DNA of 62,970 nt, the filler included, from Nemertoderma westbladi (lineage: Eukaryota; Animalia; Xenacoelomorpha): the NCBI GenBank assembly GCA_032718475.1. It is 3 parts of 3 records of this genome, joined end to end, with 100 filler letters (N's around TTAATTAATTAA, not from the genome) between each part and the next. Parts side by side here need not be neighbours in the genome. Positions count along the whole stretch, not along the records: positions 19,949 to 50,008 come from JAUCBJ010004898.1; 2 more parts are not named here. One strand, given 5' to 3'. The notes beneath the pieces were generated by a model that saw only the letters and a list, made by a program, of their open reading frames with translations, was not told where the DNA came from and searched no databases. Made by a program: the position numbers and the translations under genes. The first letter of the stretch is position 1, and each line of letters begins with the position of its first letter. Below are positions 36,356 to 50,108 of the stretch, piece after piece.

Positions 36356-39149
36356 GACAAGTTATAATTATTAACCATATTTCGTAAGATATATTTTAAA
36401 ACATTTATTTATTATTAATTCTGTACGCGCTTTTGAAGACCTTTAGCAGTTTAACCTGCCAAAATTTATATGTCTTTTGGTTTATAAATAGACTTTAGAA
36501 ATTGACAAATATTTAATACCAATAAACACAACATTAGCAGAAGCCAGCCTAGTGCGCGTCCATTCACCCGCTGGATATACCCGGGAGACTGGATTCTGAG
36601 GGCTTAGATTATTATTGCAGTGTAAGCTTACTGTATTATTCGATTGATCGTTAATAAATAATTTCTGACTAATATTATTCACTTTCGGGAAATATTAACA
36701 GTTCCTTTAGGACGTGGCGCTCTATCTAGGTAAACAGAGATATGACTTATACTAATCACAACGGTAAGTCGGTAAGGCTTATGATTCACGTATGAGGCGC
36801 ATTCTTTAGGAAATGCTTAGTTATCAGTCACAATCATGCACACTACCGGTAACACACAATACTGCTCACTAAATTGCCGACCATCAATGAATTTTATCAT
36901 ATATAAAGAGAACAGCAACTGACTCATGTAGTGCTTATCAAATAGCATTAAATTCACTACAAACCACAATAATATAAGTCGCAATCGCTATATATAACCC
37001 GTCTCTCTAACCTGTAGTGTATCAAGAAAATTGGGAAATTTGGGTTCTTTATAGATGTTCTCCAAATAATATTCAACCAAAACACAACAGTAAATAGCAG
37101 TATAATAATGTATGTTGAACCGATAATGTAAGACTGAAGTGAGATAAGATAACAGTTATACGCTCTATAATTTAAGCCTACTAATGTTTCTTCTAAAGTA
37201 TGAAAACGAGTTGACTCTAGAGCCGGTGTTCCTGGCCTAGATAGAAACAACACAACAGTAACAAAAACACTCTCGGACTCTAACACCGTTGCAGGTATCT
37301 TTTTACACAGAGAGGAATAGCTCTCATTGGCAGAACACCAGATTCCACAGGTTCCACGAATATCTAAATGCCGAACTATCAGGATTTTTGCAGCCCTTGG
37401 CCAACACACAAAATGAGTCACTCCGCTCGGTTGCCCTGGTTGCATACTCTGCTGCTATAGCTCTGGTTGGCCGATAGAACATAGTAAAGAGCCCCTCGTA
37501 TAACAAATCAGCCAATCAGCCGGTCGCTTTGCATCATTCGAGTTAGAGAGCTTTTTAGAGTATTCCAGCGCCTGGGGGGGAACTGGATTGCAAAGCAAAA
37601 GGGCCAGTTATATCCCACAGAAGCTTTTACAAATTCAATAACTGAATAACCAGATAACGGAAAGACAAACCGAATTGAAACGTTTAATTACTAATAATAA
37701 TTGAGAGGTGATTGGAAATCAAGGATATATGTTATGTTATGGTAGGCACAGGCAAATTAATTGATGTCTGTTGAGATGTATTGAAGGAGCACTATTCCTT
37801 CTACAAGACTACTACAGTTATGTCCTTGTGGGCTAGCCTACTAGGGACTGGCTTGGTCATGGTCAATGACTTTAGCTTGCCTTGTTAGTAATGTACAACT
37901 TGAAGAATAAATTATTGGGCACGACTGCCCTTGCCATGCCTTAGGCTCAATGGGTAGAATGGAATCAGCGTATGAATTTACAATGTTAATTATGTTTAAA
38001 TCAATGAAAAATACCTTTATTAACGCAAATCACTTAAAAAATATAAAACTATAATGGAATGGGGTACATGGATTCCAGATATCTAATTTCTGTGCAAAAT
38101 AACTTTAATCGTATGGTGCTAAATAATTAATTTCCATGGAGAAACCGTTCAAAATGACTCAACCATACAATTTAGCTGAAGAAATTAATTTAGATTATGG
38201 CTTCCGACATTTATGGCTTCCGACACACACACGTACACACCACCCCCCCCCCCCCCCACACACACACACAGACTTTTGAAAAACGGCCATAGTATAATTA
38301 TATCAGTTCGCTGATGGTTAGTTATAAAACCCGAAAAAAACGAAAAGGACGAAATTATTTACGAAAATATCGAAATTATAAAACTTTAAATAAAATCTAA
38401 CTTTCCAGTGAGATCGGTATTATTAGAAGGCACACTTTACATTTTTTAATTAATAAAATCCGATAATTTCGCCCCATTTTCGACACTAAAAGTAATTTAA
38501 TACCAAATACTGGCTCTGCTGATTGGTTGTTAGGGGTGATCCAATGATTGCAAAACACCACAAGATGGCGCTCAAATTAGGACAGTACAGTCAGAGTGTA
38601 GGCCTACTGCAGTTATAGCGACTGTTGGACTGCAATTCTGTAGTTACGTTCACCTGTTCACATCCGCCGCGCCGCGTCACTTGCCTGACAGTCACTGTAG
38701 GCCTACAGTGCACACCTAGGCCAGGTAGCGCTAAAGGTACTGTATGCCGTAATGCAAACAACATTTCATATGGGAATTACATCGTTGCAGTCAGTTGCAT
38801 CAGTACACGAATACAGTGAACAGCCTAATATTACATTACAGTACTGCAGTATGCCGTTATCACCTGACAGTAGTCAGCTAGCAGGAAATCAGGTTGGTCA
38901 GACAGAAGGATACCGGTACTCCAAACTCTGATATTGTTACGGTGCCGCTGGTACCGACAGTGACTGTTGATAATGTAGCGGGTGAGCTTGGTGATTCGAA
39001 TACACCAATGTGTCTAGGGTTTAAGCCCAGACTGGGCAGATGAAGATGGTAAAGGTAATGGGGAGTCTACTCCTAGACCACCTATCGTCAATTCATGTTT
39101 AGCGTTTCTCCTACAATGTTATTCATCTACTACATTCGATGTAGGCAAG

Positions 39150-40436
39150 TTGGCGTGTTTGCAGCGTTTCACGTCTGATGATATTTGGCAAGCCAAAGTT
39201 ATGCTATTTTCGGGTTCTGAAAAGACATATATCGGTATGACTAACAGGCGTGACACCTCGGAACGTAGCGCTGGTGAGGCGAACATGAAGGACATGTGGG
39301 ACAAGATACGAGAGCTTGATCGTGCGGGTACGTTACCGGTAATAGCGGTTTCGGCGTTGGAGGCTTTGTCCCTGCCGCGCTTCCCCTTAGGTGGGTCCTA
39401 TTCCGGGGAGGACGATTCTGTTGCTCATGCGGAGCAGACAGCAGGTTTCGGAGTTCTGGATGGTAGAATCTCAAAATTAGAATCTAGTTTTAAAGATCAA
39501 TTAAGGAAGATGGAGGTGTCGTTCGTAGCCGAGTTGGTGAAGGTGCGTGAGTCAATTCATAACGCTAGTAACAACAGTAATGGTAGCGGTACTGAACAGG
39601 CTGGTGCCGGTACCGGTACCGGCACTGCCTCCGGGACCGATATCTTACCACTGTTACAGCCACCGCCATCAGTGGAGCGTTCGTTCAGAAATGCTGTTAT
39701 ATCACGACAGCGCCAGTCTGTGGTGCCGCAACCACCTGGTGTCAGCTATAGGCCGCCACAGCAGCCATCTATTGTTCAGCCTGCTCCTGGTATAGGGTAT
39801 AACCCGCCGGTAAACTACGGACAGTCGGGGAGATACGGTAATCGGTATCTGGGTCAGAAGAGTAATAACTACTACTCACCGTTGAGGGGGACACCGTCTG
39901 GCTCTCCCTCACCCGCAGTGGTGTTCCGAGGCAGTGTGAAACGTCCGCGACGAAATTCTGATTCTGAGAATATACAGGAGGTGGAGGAGTTGGATAACGA
40001 TGGTGGTGGTCGTTGGGAGGAACCCAGGTCGCGCCGTCAGCGTAATAATCGAAATCGTGGCCGTATGGTTGTCGGTTCAAACGAAAAGACTGAGGGAGAA
40101 ACTGAGGGTGGGTTGTGTGCGGCCCCAACGGAGATGTTCGTGTTTCGGTGTCATCCAATGACAACAGAAGCCGATATTGTCAAGTGTCTATCCAAACAGA
40201 ATGTTAAAGTTCCGATCTCAGGTGTTAAAAAAGTATCGGTTCAAGATTCGAGAGCAGCGAGCTTCCGGGTTTCGGTCAATACCAACCAGTTGGACGTTGC
40301 TTTCAGTGCGTCCACATGGCCTACCGGAGTTTATGTACGCGAGTGGGACTACCGACCCAGGCAGACTGGAAGTTTCGGTCGGGGTGGTTCCGGGCAGGTT
40401 CGAAACAACTCCACTATGGGACAATCTATGCAATAA
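39150..40436 (+). CDS. LINE ORF1 protein (coiled coil, low-complexity region, C-terminal RRM-like domain); true start probably upstream near 38851 behind a frameshift
   Basis: In-frame upstream IVNSCLAF..DIWQAKVMLF; C-terminal FVFRCHPMTTEADI...SFRVSV...WPTGVYVREW; 37 nt before ORF2. Confidence 0.82.
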   Translation: MACLQRFTSDDIWQAKVMLFSGSEKTYIGMTNRRDTSERSAGEANMKDMWDKIRELDRAGTLPVIAVSALEALSLPRFPLGGSYSGEDDSVAHAEQTAGFGVLDGRISKLESSFKDQLRKMEVSFVAELVKVRESIHNASNNSNGSGTEQAGAGTGTGTASGTDILPLLQPPPSVERSFRNAVISRQRQSVVPQPPGVSYRPPQQPSIVQPAPGIGYNPPVNYGQSGRYGNRYLGQKSNNYYSPLRGTPSGSPSPAVVFRGSVKRPRRNSDSENIQEVEELDNDGGGRWEEPRSRRQRNNRNRGRMVVGSNEKTEGETEGGLCAAPTEMFVFRCHPMTTEADIVKCLSKQNVKVPISGVKKVSVQDSRAASFRVSVNTNQLDVAFSASTWPTGVYVREWDYRPRQTGSFGRGGSGQVRNNSTMGQSMQ

Positions 40437-40473
40437 GTACATCAGGTTAATATACGGACAATAATAAATAACA

Positions 40474-43400
40474 ATGGCGTCACAAAGTAACTTACCTAAC
40501 AGTACTGAACTTTTTTGTGTAGCCTCGTATAACCCAACCGGTTTGGGATTGGCTAAGGTTGATTTTATAAATACCCTATTATTGGGCTCTAATGTTGTGT
40601 GCCTACAGGAGCATTTTCTATTATCTGGTAATTGTTATAAATTTAAAAAAATATTTCCGAACTGCGATAATAGTGTTGTACCAGCGACTTACATTAATGA
40701 TGAAGTCACCCGCGGGAGACCTAGCGGTGGACTTTGCATATTATGGAAGAAATCAATTACTAAATATGTATCTGTAATAAAAACTAATAATAGAAGGTTG
40801 CAGGCGATTTCTTTAAATTTGCCAGGTAGGAAACTGTTATTAATAAATTCGTATTTTCCGGTAGACAATCAGCACAGTGCCACACTCTCAGACGAATATT
40901 TAACTTTGTTGAATGATATTAAAGACATTATACAGATGTCCCAGTGCAGTAATATTCTATTGGTTGGTGATTTAAATGCAGACTTTTTTCGAAACTCATT
41001 ACATGTGCGTAATATGAAGGAATTTCTAGATGATATGTTATTACATTGTTTATGGAATATATTTCCGATTGACTATACTTACGAATTTTTGTCTGATAAT
41101 ATAATTCAACGCTCCACTATCGATCACTTTATAGCCAGTCATTCATTCTATTGTAAGTGCTTGTATAGAGGCCGATGTCATACATTCAGGGGAAAATCTT
41201 TCCAACCACAGTCCCATTTATTTGAAGTTTAACATTGATAGTATTAATGTAGTTGGGACCGCAGTTCAACCACCCATTAAGCATTGCTATGGCAAAGCTA
41301 GTACCGAGCAAAAAAATATTTTTCATTCCGAGTTGGAAAGATCCCTAAATGATATTTTATTGGAAAATCAGTGCTATATGTGTAATGATTTATTATGTAC
41401 TAAGCCTGAACATCGTTTAATGATTGAAAAATACGTTTTGGAAATTTTAGAAGCAATTGATAATGCGGCGTCTAGCCTGCCAAATACGAAAGGTACAATT
41501 CAACGTCAAGGTAATAAAGGTATAATACCTGGTTGGAATGAACAAGTAAAAGATTTTAAATCGAATTCGATGTTTTGGCACGATATGTGGAGCGCTGCAG
41601 GTAAACCTACTGGTGCAGGTAGTTATTTATTTCATATGCGTCGCACTTCTCGTGCACAATATCATTTTGCAGTTCGTAGGTTGAAGAAATCTCAAGATAT
41701 CATCAAACGCGATAGAATTTTACAGGCGTGCTTAAACGGAAATGATAACCTTTTTGATGAAATCAAAAAATTTCGCGGTAACCAACAGGTACTTGGCGAA
41801 TCAATAAACGGTGTTAACAACCCAAGTGACATTGCGAATAACTTCGCCAAAATTTACAAGGAATTGTATAATCAGAATTATAGCGGTGACACAAGTGTTG
41901 ATGATATCGAAAATGATATAAATTGTAGAATTAGAAACCTAATTGGTAACAATAATGTATCGGGTACAAATTGTGCAGGTTATCGAGAGGTATTGTCGCC
42001 TCGTATAATACATGAGGCATTGTTGCGTTTAAAAAACGCCAAATCAGATGTCAGTTATAGTCTTGACTCAGGGTCTTTAATTAATGGTGGCCATATTCTA
42101 GAACATCATTTATCTATATTATTTAACTCTTTTCTTTCACATGGATTGGTGTCAAAGTGTCTTTTATTGGTTTCTATTATTCCGATCATTAAAAATAAAT
42201 TAGGCGATATATCTGATGATAAGAATTACCGTGCAATTGCAATATCTTCTTTGATTCTGAAAATTTTTGAATGGGTATTATTATTAAGTGAAGGCGATAA
42301 GTTATGTTTTGATGACTTACAATTTGGGTTCCGTCCAAATTCTAGTACTGTAATGTGCAGCTGGTCGGCTTCGGAAGTAATCAATTACTATATGAGACAC
42401 TCATCGCCCGTATTTGGTTGTTTGTTAGACTTTACAAAAGCGTTCGACCTTGTTGAATGGCTAAAGCTGTTCCTTGAACTATTAAAAAAGGGTTTTTCAG
42501 TTTTATATTTAAGGTGCCTCATTTTTATATACAGAAACCAAGTTTGTGCAGTAAAATGGTTGAATTGCAGCAATTTTAATTTTTTAATTTCTAATGGGGT
42601 CAGACAGGGTTCTGTTTGCTCGCCGACATTGTTTGCTCTGGTGTTAAATATTCTAATTGAATCTCTACGTGACTCCAAAGTAGGTTGTTTTATAGGGAAT
42701 TATTATTTTGGTGTTTTGGCATACGCCGATGATGTACTGTTATTGTGCCCATCTGTGGTTGGATTGCAATATATGGTCGATTTATGTCAAATTTTTTGTG
42801 CTAAATATAACTTGCGATTAAGTACAAATGTTGATCAGGATAAATGCAAATGTAAGTGTATACCATTTAATTTTAAGTGGAGTCCACCCGGTGCTAGGAT
42901 TAGAGTAGGTACAATTCTTCTCCCGTGGGCAAGAGAAGCTGTTCACCTAGGTATTACACTTGACTTTAAATGCACTTTAGCCAAGGACATTTTACGTAAA
43001 CGCGGCCAGTTTATTGGGAAACTCAATAACATTAGGCAAGAGTTTGGCTTCTCGCACCCTGGTAATCTAACATATCTACAAAAGTTATACACTATGTGTT
43101 TTTATGGTAGGTAGCAATGCATGGAATTTATGGTCCGATGAATGTTCTAGAATCTTAACCAGCTGGAACATTAACGTTAGGATTATATGGCAGTTGCCTT
43201 ATAATGCTCATAGGTATATTGTACAAGAAATTGTAGGATTTATACATCCATGGGTTATTTTATGCAAAAATTTTGTTGGTTATTGTAGGTCTATTTTTAA
43301 TGCTGATAGGATGTGTATTAGATTCCTAGCTAACTTAATGCTATTTGATTGTACAGTAGGAGTACTAGCGGAAGTAATTTACGTCAGATTGGTAATGAGT

Positions 43401-43597
43401 GCGGGGTGTCGGATTTATCTTTGTTGTCCACCCGTACTGTAGACAATAAACTATCATATGTACGCACTCCGCCGGGTGAGGAGTGGAGAGTTAATAGCTG
43501 CAGAGAAATCGTAAACTCAATTGTAGGTGTAACTAATATACCTGGTTTTACGCATGATGAGCTTAGAGATATTTTGAATTATATTTCTTCCACTTAA
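40474..43597 (+). pseudogene. ORF2 APE endonuclease + reverse transcriptase, three frameshifts
   Basis: CLQEHF, GRPSGG, GDLNAD, IDHF; PGWNEQVK..FWH..W; QFGFR, LDFTKAFD, GVRQGSVCSP, YADD. Confidence 0.92.
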
Positions 43598-44339
43598 AGG
43601 ACTATAGCTTATTTGTTATATTTTCTATATATATTTCTTCCACTTAAAGGACTATAGCTTATTTGTTATACTTTCTTTTTTCTCTTTTTTCTTTTTCTGT
43701 TTTGTTACGTTCTGTGCGGTTTATATTAAGTCTTGCTGTAATTATTGTGCCTATCTTTCGTTCACGTGAAATTTAAATGTAGCTAAATTTATATATTATG
43801 CACTATTATCACTTTGTATGTACGCTCTACTGTACCTGTGCTATTTACTTGGTATTGCTGTACTTATATGTGTTTGCCCACGTTATAATGTACGAATAGA
43901 ATAATAATAATAATAATTGGGTTAGGGTACCGGACCGCTTCTTTCAACTTTGCCGCTTCAGGCTGTACCGTACCATATGCTTGTACTGTACAGTAATACA
44001 CCAGTAGGCCCCTATACTGATCTGTTGATGGTGAGTCATTCATCCAAGCTGCCATTATTGGTCAACACCCAACAACCAACCAGTAGACAGTATATTTGGT
44101 ATTAAATTACTTTTAAGGTCGAAAATGGGGCGAAATTATCGGATTTTATTAATTAAAAAATGTAAAGTGTGACTTATAATTATACTCATCTTATTGGAAA
44201 GCGAGATTTTGTAGATTGTTTGATAATTTTGATATTTTCGCTGATAAATTCGTCTTCTTCGTTATTTTCGGGTTTTATAACTATCCTTCGCTGATGGCTC
44301 GCCATTCGTGTCTCGCCCCACACCCCACGGCCCAGACCC

Positions 44340-45290
44340 ACAACCATTGGATTTACTAAGAATCTCTTTACACTCCAGCCTGCTTTGCTACATCTGCCCA
44401 GCTAGCTGGCCATAGTGGACCCAGTGGTCACAAGTCCCAGATAGACCATATCCTGTTTCGTAGGAAATACAGGAGCTCTATACAAGACTGTAATGCATTT
44501 ACACTACGACCCTTCTCCAGTGATCACCGCCTTTTTGTGGCCAAGGTAAGACTTAGTCTGCGTGCTAGTAGAACAACGAAATCTGCCTTGCCGCGGCATG
44601 ACTGGTCCTCTCTGTTGCAACAGCCAAGTGTGGGATCCAGCTTCACACTACAGCTGAGCAACAGGTATTATGAGGTTCTTGCCTCTGAGGCAGCAGATCA
44701 CTGTGAGGGCTATACTGCCTTCACAGAGGCAGTTAAGTTAGCCGCTGCAGAAACAGTTCCTGTATACCCTCGAAACAGGAAACGGGCCCCCTGGACTGAC
44801 AACAAATTTCAGAAGTGCCGAAATGACCTCTACAAGGCGCAGAAAGAGTCCCGACTCAAACAGACTACAGCGGCCAAGAATGCAGTTAAGGCTGCATCTA
44901 GGTCCCTGAACAGGCAGTTGAAAGATGAAATGATTGCAGCAATCAGATCAGTATACGATGATGGTTCGACAACATTTGTGTCTACTGTTGACGGTGACAC
45001 AGAACCATTTGTAGTGTTATGGGGCGTCCTCCAAGGAGACACACTTGCACCATTCTTGTTCATTATTGTGGTTGACTATGTTCTACGCATGTCCTTAGAT
45101 CATCATAATGATGATGGGGTGATGATAACTCTACCTACTGGCTCCAGAAGTCGAGGAAATCCTGCCAAGTACCTAACTGATCTAGACTTTGCTGATGACT
45201 TAGGAGTACTCTCAGAATCACTAGAGGGAGCCCAACGGCTCCTCAGCTCATTAGAACATGCTGCTTCTAGTGTTGGTCTTTTTATTAAAA
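44340..45290 (+). mobile_element. RTE family B fragment (APE end fused to RT by internal deletion)
   Basis: SQIDHIL and SDHR before ORF 44537-45322; RT part nearly identical to 15490-15850. Confidence 0.88.
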
Positions 45291-45469
45291 AATGTTGGTC
45301 GTTTCCTGCTTATCTACGCTGACCAGTCTGTAGCATCCAGTCTACCATTAGGGGGAAAATGTCGGAAAGTAATAATTTAGTACTTTTTGTAATCATTTAG
45401 AGATGATACTTTGGCAGGTATCTACTACAACATAATGTTGTACCATAGTAAAGGGCTGCCAAGTAAATG

Positions 45470-47690
45470 TAATAATAATATATATTTATAATGCGCTTAT
45501 ACGCGATGTTCTAGGCGCTTTGGTACAAAGAAAATATGAACATCAATATACGTAGAATACACCATACATACAGACTAATGTAACATGAATTGCATAAAAA
45601 CTGACTATAATATAATAAAATATTTAATAGATTGCACTAGATTTGCAGTAAAAATTTACAGTTCATAATAAAATAAAAATTGTTACGAAATTGAGATTTT
45701 AGTATATATTCCATCCTATGGGTATATATTCCATCCTATGGGTATATATTCCATCCTATGGGTATTAAAAACATACATGAGAACATAAAATACAGTACAT
45801 ATAAATAAAACAACAATTATTCCATGGTTAAAAATCAATAATACGAGAAAAACAATATCAATATTAAGTAAATAAAAATATATTATGTACATATACTGTA
45901 TGATACATAAATAAAACAATTCAAACGGCACTTTTAATTTTTTCTTAAAGATTAATTTTAAAAATAATTTACCAAAATACAAAACCAATAAAAATAGAAA
46001 TAAAACGAAATGAAATGAAATAAATAAAATCAGAGGCAATAAAATATTAACTAAAAGCTTCAATAAAATAATGAGATTTTAACAAATGTCTGAATGACAA
46101 TAAACTGGAAGTCATTCGGTAACGAATTCCATACCAAAGGGGCGGCTACTGAGAATGCACGTCTACCGTAATTTTCAAGATTGTAACGTTGTGTAGACAA
46201 TAACATTGTAGTACTAGAACGTCATTCACGGGTTGGACAGTACAGAGATATTAATTCACTAAGATATGTAGGCGCCATTCCATTAAGACATTTAAATACC
46301 AGTACAGCAATCTTAAAGTTGATTCTGTAAGGAACTGGCAACCAGTATAGATTTTTCAACACAGGAACATTGCAGAGTAATCGAGCACAACTGTTTTGTA
46401 CGTACTGTAGTTTCCTAATACTCCGTTGTGGTAGACCATAATATAGTGCATTGGTGTAATCTAACTTGTTGGAAATAAACGCATGAACTAAGATTTCAAG
46501 ATCACGTCTGGGAAAAAACCGTTTAACCTTAGAAATATTTCTCAAGTGATAAAAATAAGTCTGCACAACTTTACTGATTTGTTTCTTGAGAGTAAGATGC
46601 TAGTCAATTAAAAAACCGATGTCTCTAGCAAATGGACAGAATTCGAGGAGATCGTCACAGACTTGCATACCTGGACTCTCAATAAGACGGCCAAACTGAG
46701 ATTGAAGAATTAGTATCTTAGTTTTATCAGTGTTTATTTTTAATAGGTTCTTATTCATCCAGAACTGTATATCCTTAAGTCAACATTCTGAGACTCGAAC
46801 TGTTTCATCAAAGTTAGATGGCTTAAACGCGATGTAAATCTGAGTATCGTCTGCGTATAGGTGATATGATAGGTTGTGCCTCTTAATTACGGTCGACAAA
46901 GATCTTGTGTAAATGGTAAAGAGCAGTGGTCCCAACACTGATCCTTGCGGAACTCCGAATCATAATCTTTTTTGTTCAGAAAATGAATTTCCTATTCGTA
47001 CTTGCTGTGATCGATCGGTTAGATAAGATTCGAACCACTGTAACGCTGGACCAGTAACTCCTATTTCGTTTTCTAAAATCGACAATAACTTATGATGGTC
47101 AACAGTATCAAATGCGGCACTTAAATCTAATGTTATTAATAAGACTGCCGATCCATCATCGATGCTTCGCAAGGCATCATTTGATACACGTAACATTGCT
47201 GTTTCGGCGCTGTAATATTTTCTATATGCACTCTGACGCGGTTCGCAAAGAGAATTCAAGTTCATGCGGTGTATTAGCTGATTTGCCGCTACTTTTTCTA
47301 CTCTTATTAAGAATCTCTACATTCAGCAACCTTTCTTTGAGTAGTGGATTAAGAATGGCGTTTTTGAATAGTGTAGGTACTGTTGCCATTGTGAAAGACA
47401 AATTAATTATTAACACAAAGATTGGTAACAAAACTCCCATGCAGCATTTCAACATTGATGATGGCAAAGGGTCATTGAAGTTAAGTTTCGAATCATTCAA
47501 TAAAACATCATCATGAGAAACAGATGTAAATTCATTGAACTTTTCACCTGAATATACCGGATATTGATCACAATCGTTAACAGTAAAATCTGAATTAGTT
47601 TCTAAAACCTCACGAATTCCTGATACTTTACCATAAAGGGTAAAGAGGGTTTTAGACTGTTTGTTTGAGAGAACGCTCATCATGTGACGT
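45470..47690 (-). mobile_element. L2-clade LINE, 5'-truncated, with 3' UTR and tail
   Basis: [50 protein letters not shown]; minus-strand 3' end AAAGCGCCTAGA...AAGCGCATTATAAAT + (TAT)n. Confidence 0.9.
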
Positions 47691-47775
47691 TGTGTTCTGT
47701 TAATTAAGTTAAGTTAATTAATTAATTTATGTTTGAAATAGTGATGAAGATTATTTACTATATATAGTATAGTAG

Positions 47776-47950
47776 GGTCAGTAATGGTTGACCGATGCGC
47801 CTGTAAATAGCCTCTCGTCAACAAGTGAACCCCACCGACTAGCGGTACTGACTGTTTTTGCTGACGGGGCTCTGTCGAACAACGCGTCCCTGATAGCAGT
47901 AAAGGGGGTCTCTTTATTGAGAGGCAGTATTATTATTGCCGCGGAACTGC
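47776..47950 (+). ncRNA. Candidate conserved structured RNA element, copy A
   Basis: Aligns by eye to the reverse complement of 51505-51699 with compensatory stem changes; function unknown. Confidence 0.55.
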
Positions 47951-49062
47951 CCCAACTCATCACCTCTCCCGTTTCCGCTCTCCGACGAAAATGAACATAA
48001 AATCAACACACACCAACCCGCTACCCTACCGACAGCCGACACCCACCCACACCTACTATCTGAAAGATTGTACCCAATACAAAAAAACAGGATAAGTTGA
48101 ATCACACAACTAAAGCGGTAAGCTTGCAAGACGAATGCATGATTTACTTAGAATATCGGTCATAATCTCATTTCATGGAATACTGTACATATTGTACAAA
48201 ACTTTTACTAAATTAATTGCAATGCTCACCTATCATTTCGCCGAGTGTCAATACATACTCTTACATACTCATGCATGTTAAAAATTAAGGTTAATGGTAC
48301 TGTACAAATCTGACGAATACTGGGATTGTAATTCATCTAGCATGATATAAACTAACGAACAAATTGGCAATTAATATGGCTGATATTTACTTCCTTTTCA
48401 TGTATATTTTTCAGAAATATTTCAAATGCATTAATTTACATATTTTCAGGCCCTTTCATCCCATTTTACCAAATTTTACTTTCAGGGATTTTAAGTTCCA
48501 TGCGGTATAGGGTTCCGCAACTTTTAGTGGCAACACTAGAGACATCTAACCCAGGGTAGGGTATTCCTTAAATACCCCCTGTAGGTGTTGGGCTGGGCTC
48601 CTATGGGTAAGATACAGCATAGCGCACTACCCAACTAACAAATTTCCACTAAATCTTCCACTTTCTTCTCTAAAACGCTCAAACTACCGTCCCAACTTCA
48701 GAAAAACAGAATAAAATTGGATTAGTTAGTAATAAATACTATTACTATTTAATAAAGGTTCTATACCTATAATGATAACGGACAATATCTCTACTAAATA
48801 CCCAACAAAACAATCCATCTAAGCACTTCTTCCCAATTAACAGATTACCATTGCATCTCACTATACCACATCAAAAATCAATGTCACACCACCACTGCCA
48901 TTTCATTACATTTATAATGATATCAACAACCCAAAGACCATTTGCTATCATCTCATTTATAAAGCGCGATTTTATTGATGGAGATAAAATTATACCCCTG
49001 TTATATTGAGTATTCACCAAGCATCAACCTGAAAAGAACAAACCAACAACATCTATGGGAAA

Positions 49063-49093
<31 letters not shown>

Positions 49094-50008
49094 AATAAAC
49101 ATGTCAACTGTTGATTTATGACTCCAGCTAATGGACTATAAACAAACACCAGTGACTCTCGAATTACAGACCTTCCAACCACCACACAATGCTCCCATTC
49201 CTACACCATTAATGAAACACTCATAACCGACCTTAGAATTTTCCTCCCCTCCATTCCCCACACGGCGGGCAGCATTATTAGTCCTTCAGAATATGAGTCA
49301 TCAATATCAAATACTGTCAACCCCTACAGGCAGCAGACCAACTATCCCACTGACTTATACAAAATGAAACAATAATGACGAGAGCAATATAAGAGATAGA
49401 GGTTACACATTTAATACTACTAACAATTTAAACAACCCCCCCCCCCCCCCCCCCCCCCTCCCTTATACTACTAACCATTTAATACCCCCCTCCCCATCCT
49501 CTATCGCACTACGTCTACTACTACAGTACTAACCGCGTCAAACAACAAACCCCTCGACCCCCCCACCCCTCTATCACTACTACTAGTGATTAGTAGTAGT
49601 CTACTACTAACCATTAAACACCCCCCCCCCCCACACCAACTACTGTAGGTCTACTACTAACCACTAAAGGGTAGTTGTGCATGGTAGAACCGCTGTGACT
49701 CATCCTCAGAGGATGTGGTGATTGGCAGGTTGACGCCTGTAGCATTATATATATAGTATAGTAGTATATTATTATAGTATATTATAATTGCCACCTCAAT
49801 CCTTCAGCCTCTACCGGAACAATTTACGTGATTCTTATTTACACACTTTCTAACATTGCATTTTCTATTATATAATATACACAATACACGTGTTTAGTTT
49901 GAACGGTGTCAGATATTTCGGGGATTAGAACGGGATTTTCACCGATTTCAGGATTTCAATTTTTAATAAATCGATGTAAGTGTGAAAGCAACTTTGTAAC
50001 CTTTTATT

Positions 50009-50108
50009 NNNNNNNNNNNNNNNNNNNNNNNNNNNNNNNNNNNNNNNNNNNNTTAATTAATTAANNNNNNNNNNNNNNNNNNNNNNNNNNNNNNNNNNNN
50101 NNNNNNNN
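50009..50108. other. Artificial contig linker N44-TTAATTAATTAA-N44
   Basis: Identical to 19849-19948. Confidence 0.97.

Larger units (their letters stand above)
38560..43918 (+). mobile_element. Near full-length RTEX-like non-LTR retrotransposon
   Basis: ORF1 then APE-RT ORF2, ~300-nt 3' UTR, (AAT)n tail at 43900-43918; 5' boundary approximate. Confidence 0.85.
38316..44286. mobile_element. Non-autonomous Mutator-like (MULE) element enclosing an RTEX-like LINE
   Basis: 9-bp TSD TTCGCTGAT (38307-38315, 44287-44295); imperfect ~230-bp TIRs starting GG(T/A)TAGTTATAAAACCCG (38316-~38550, ~44050-44286). Confidence 0.88.
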
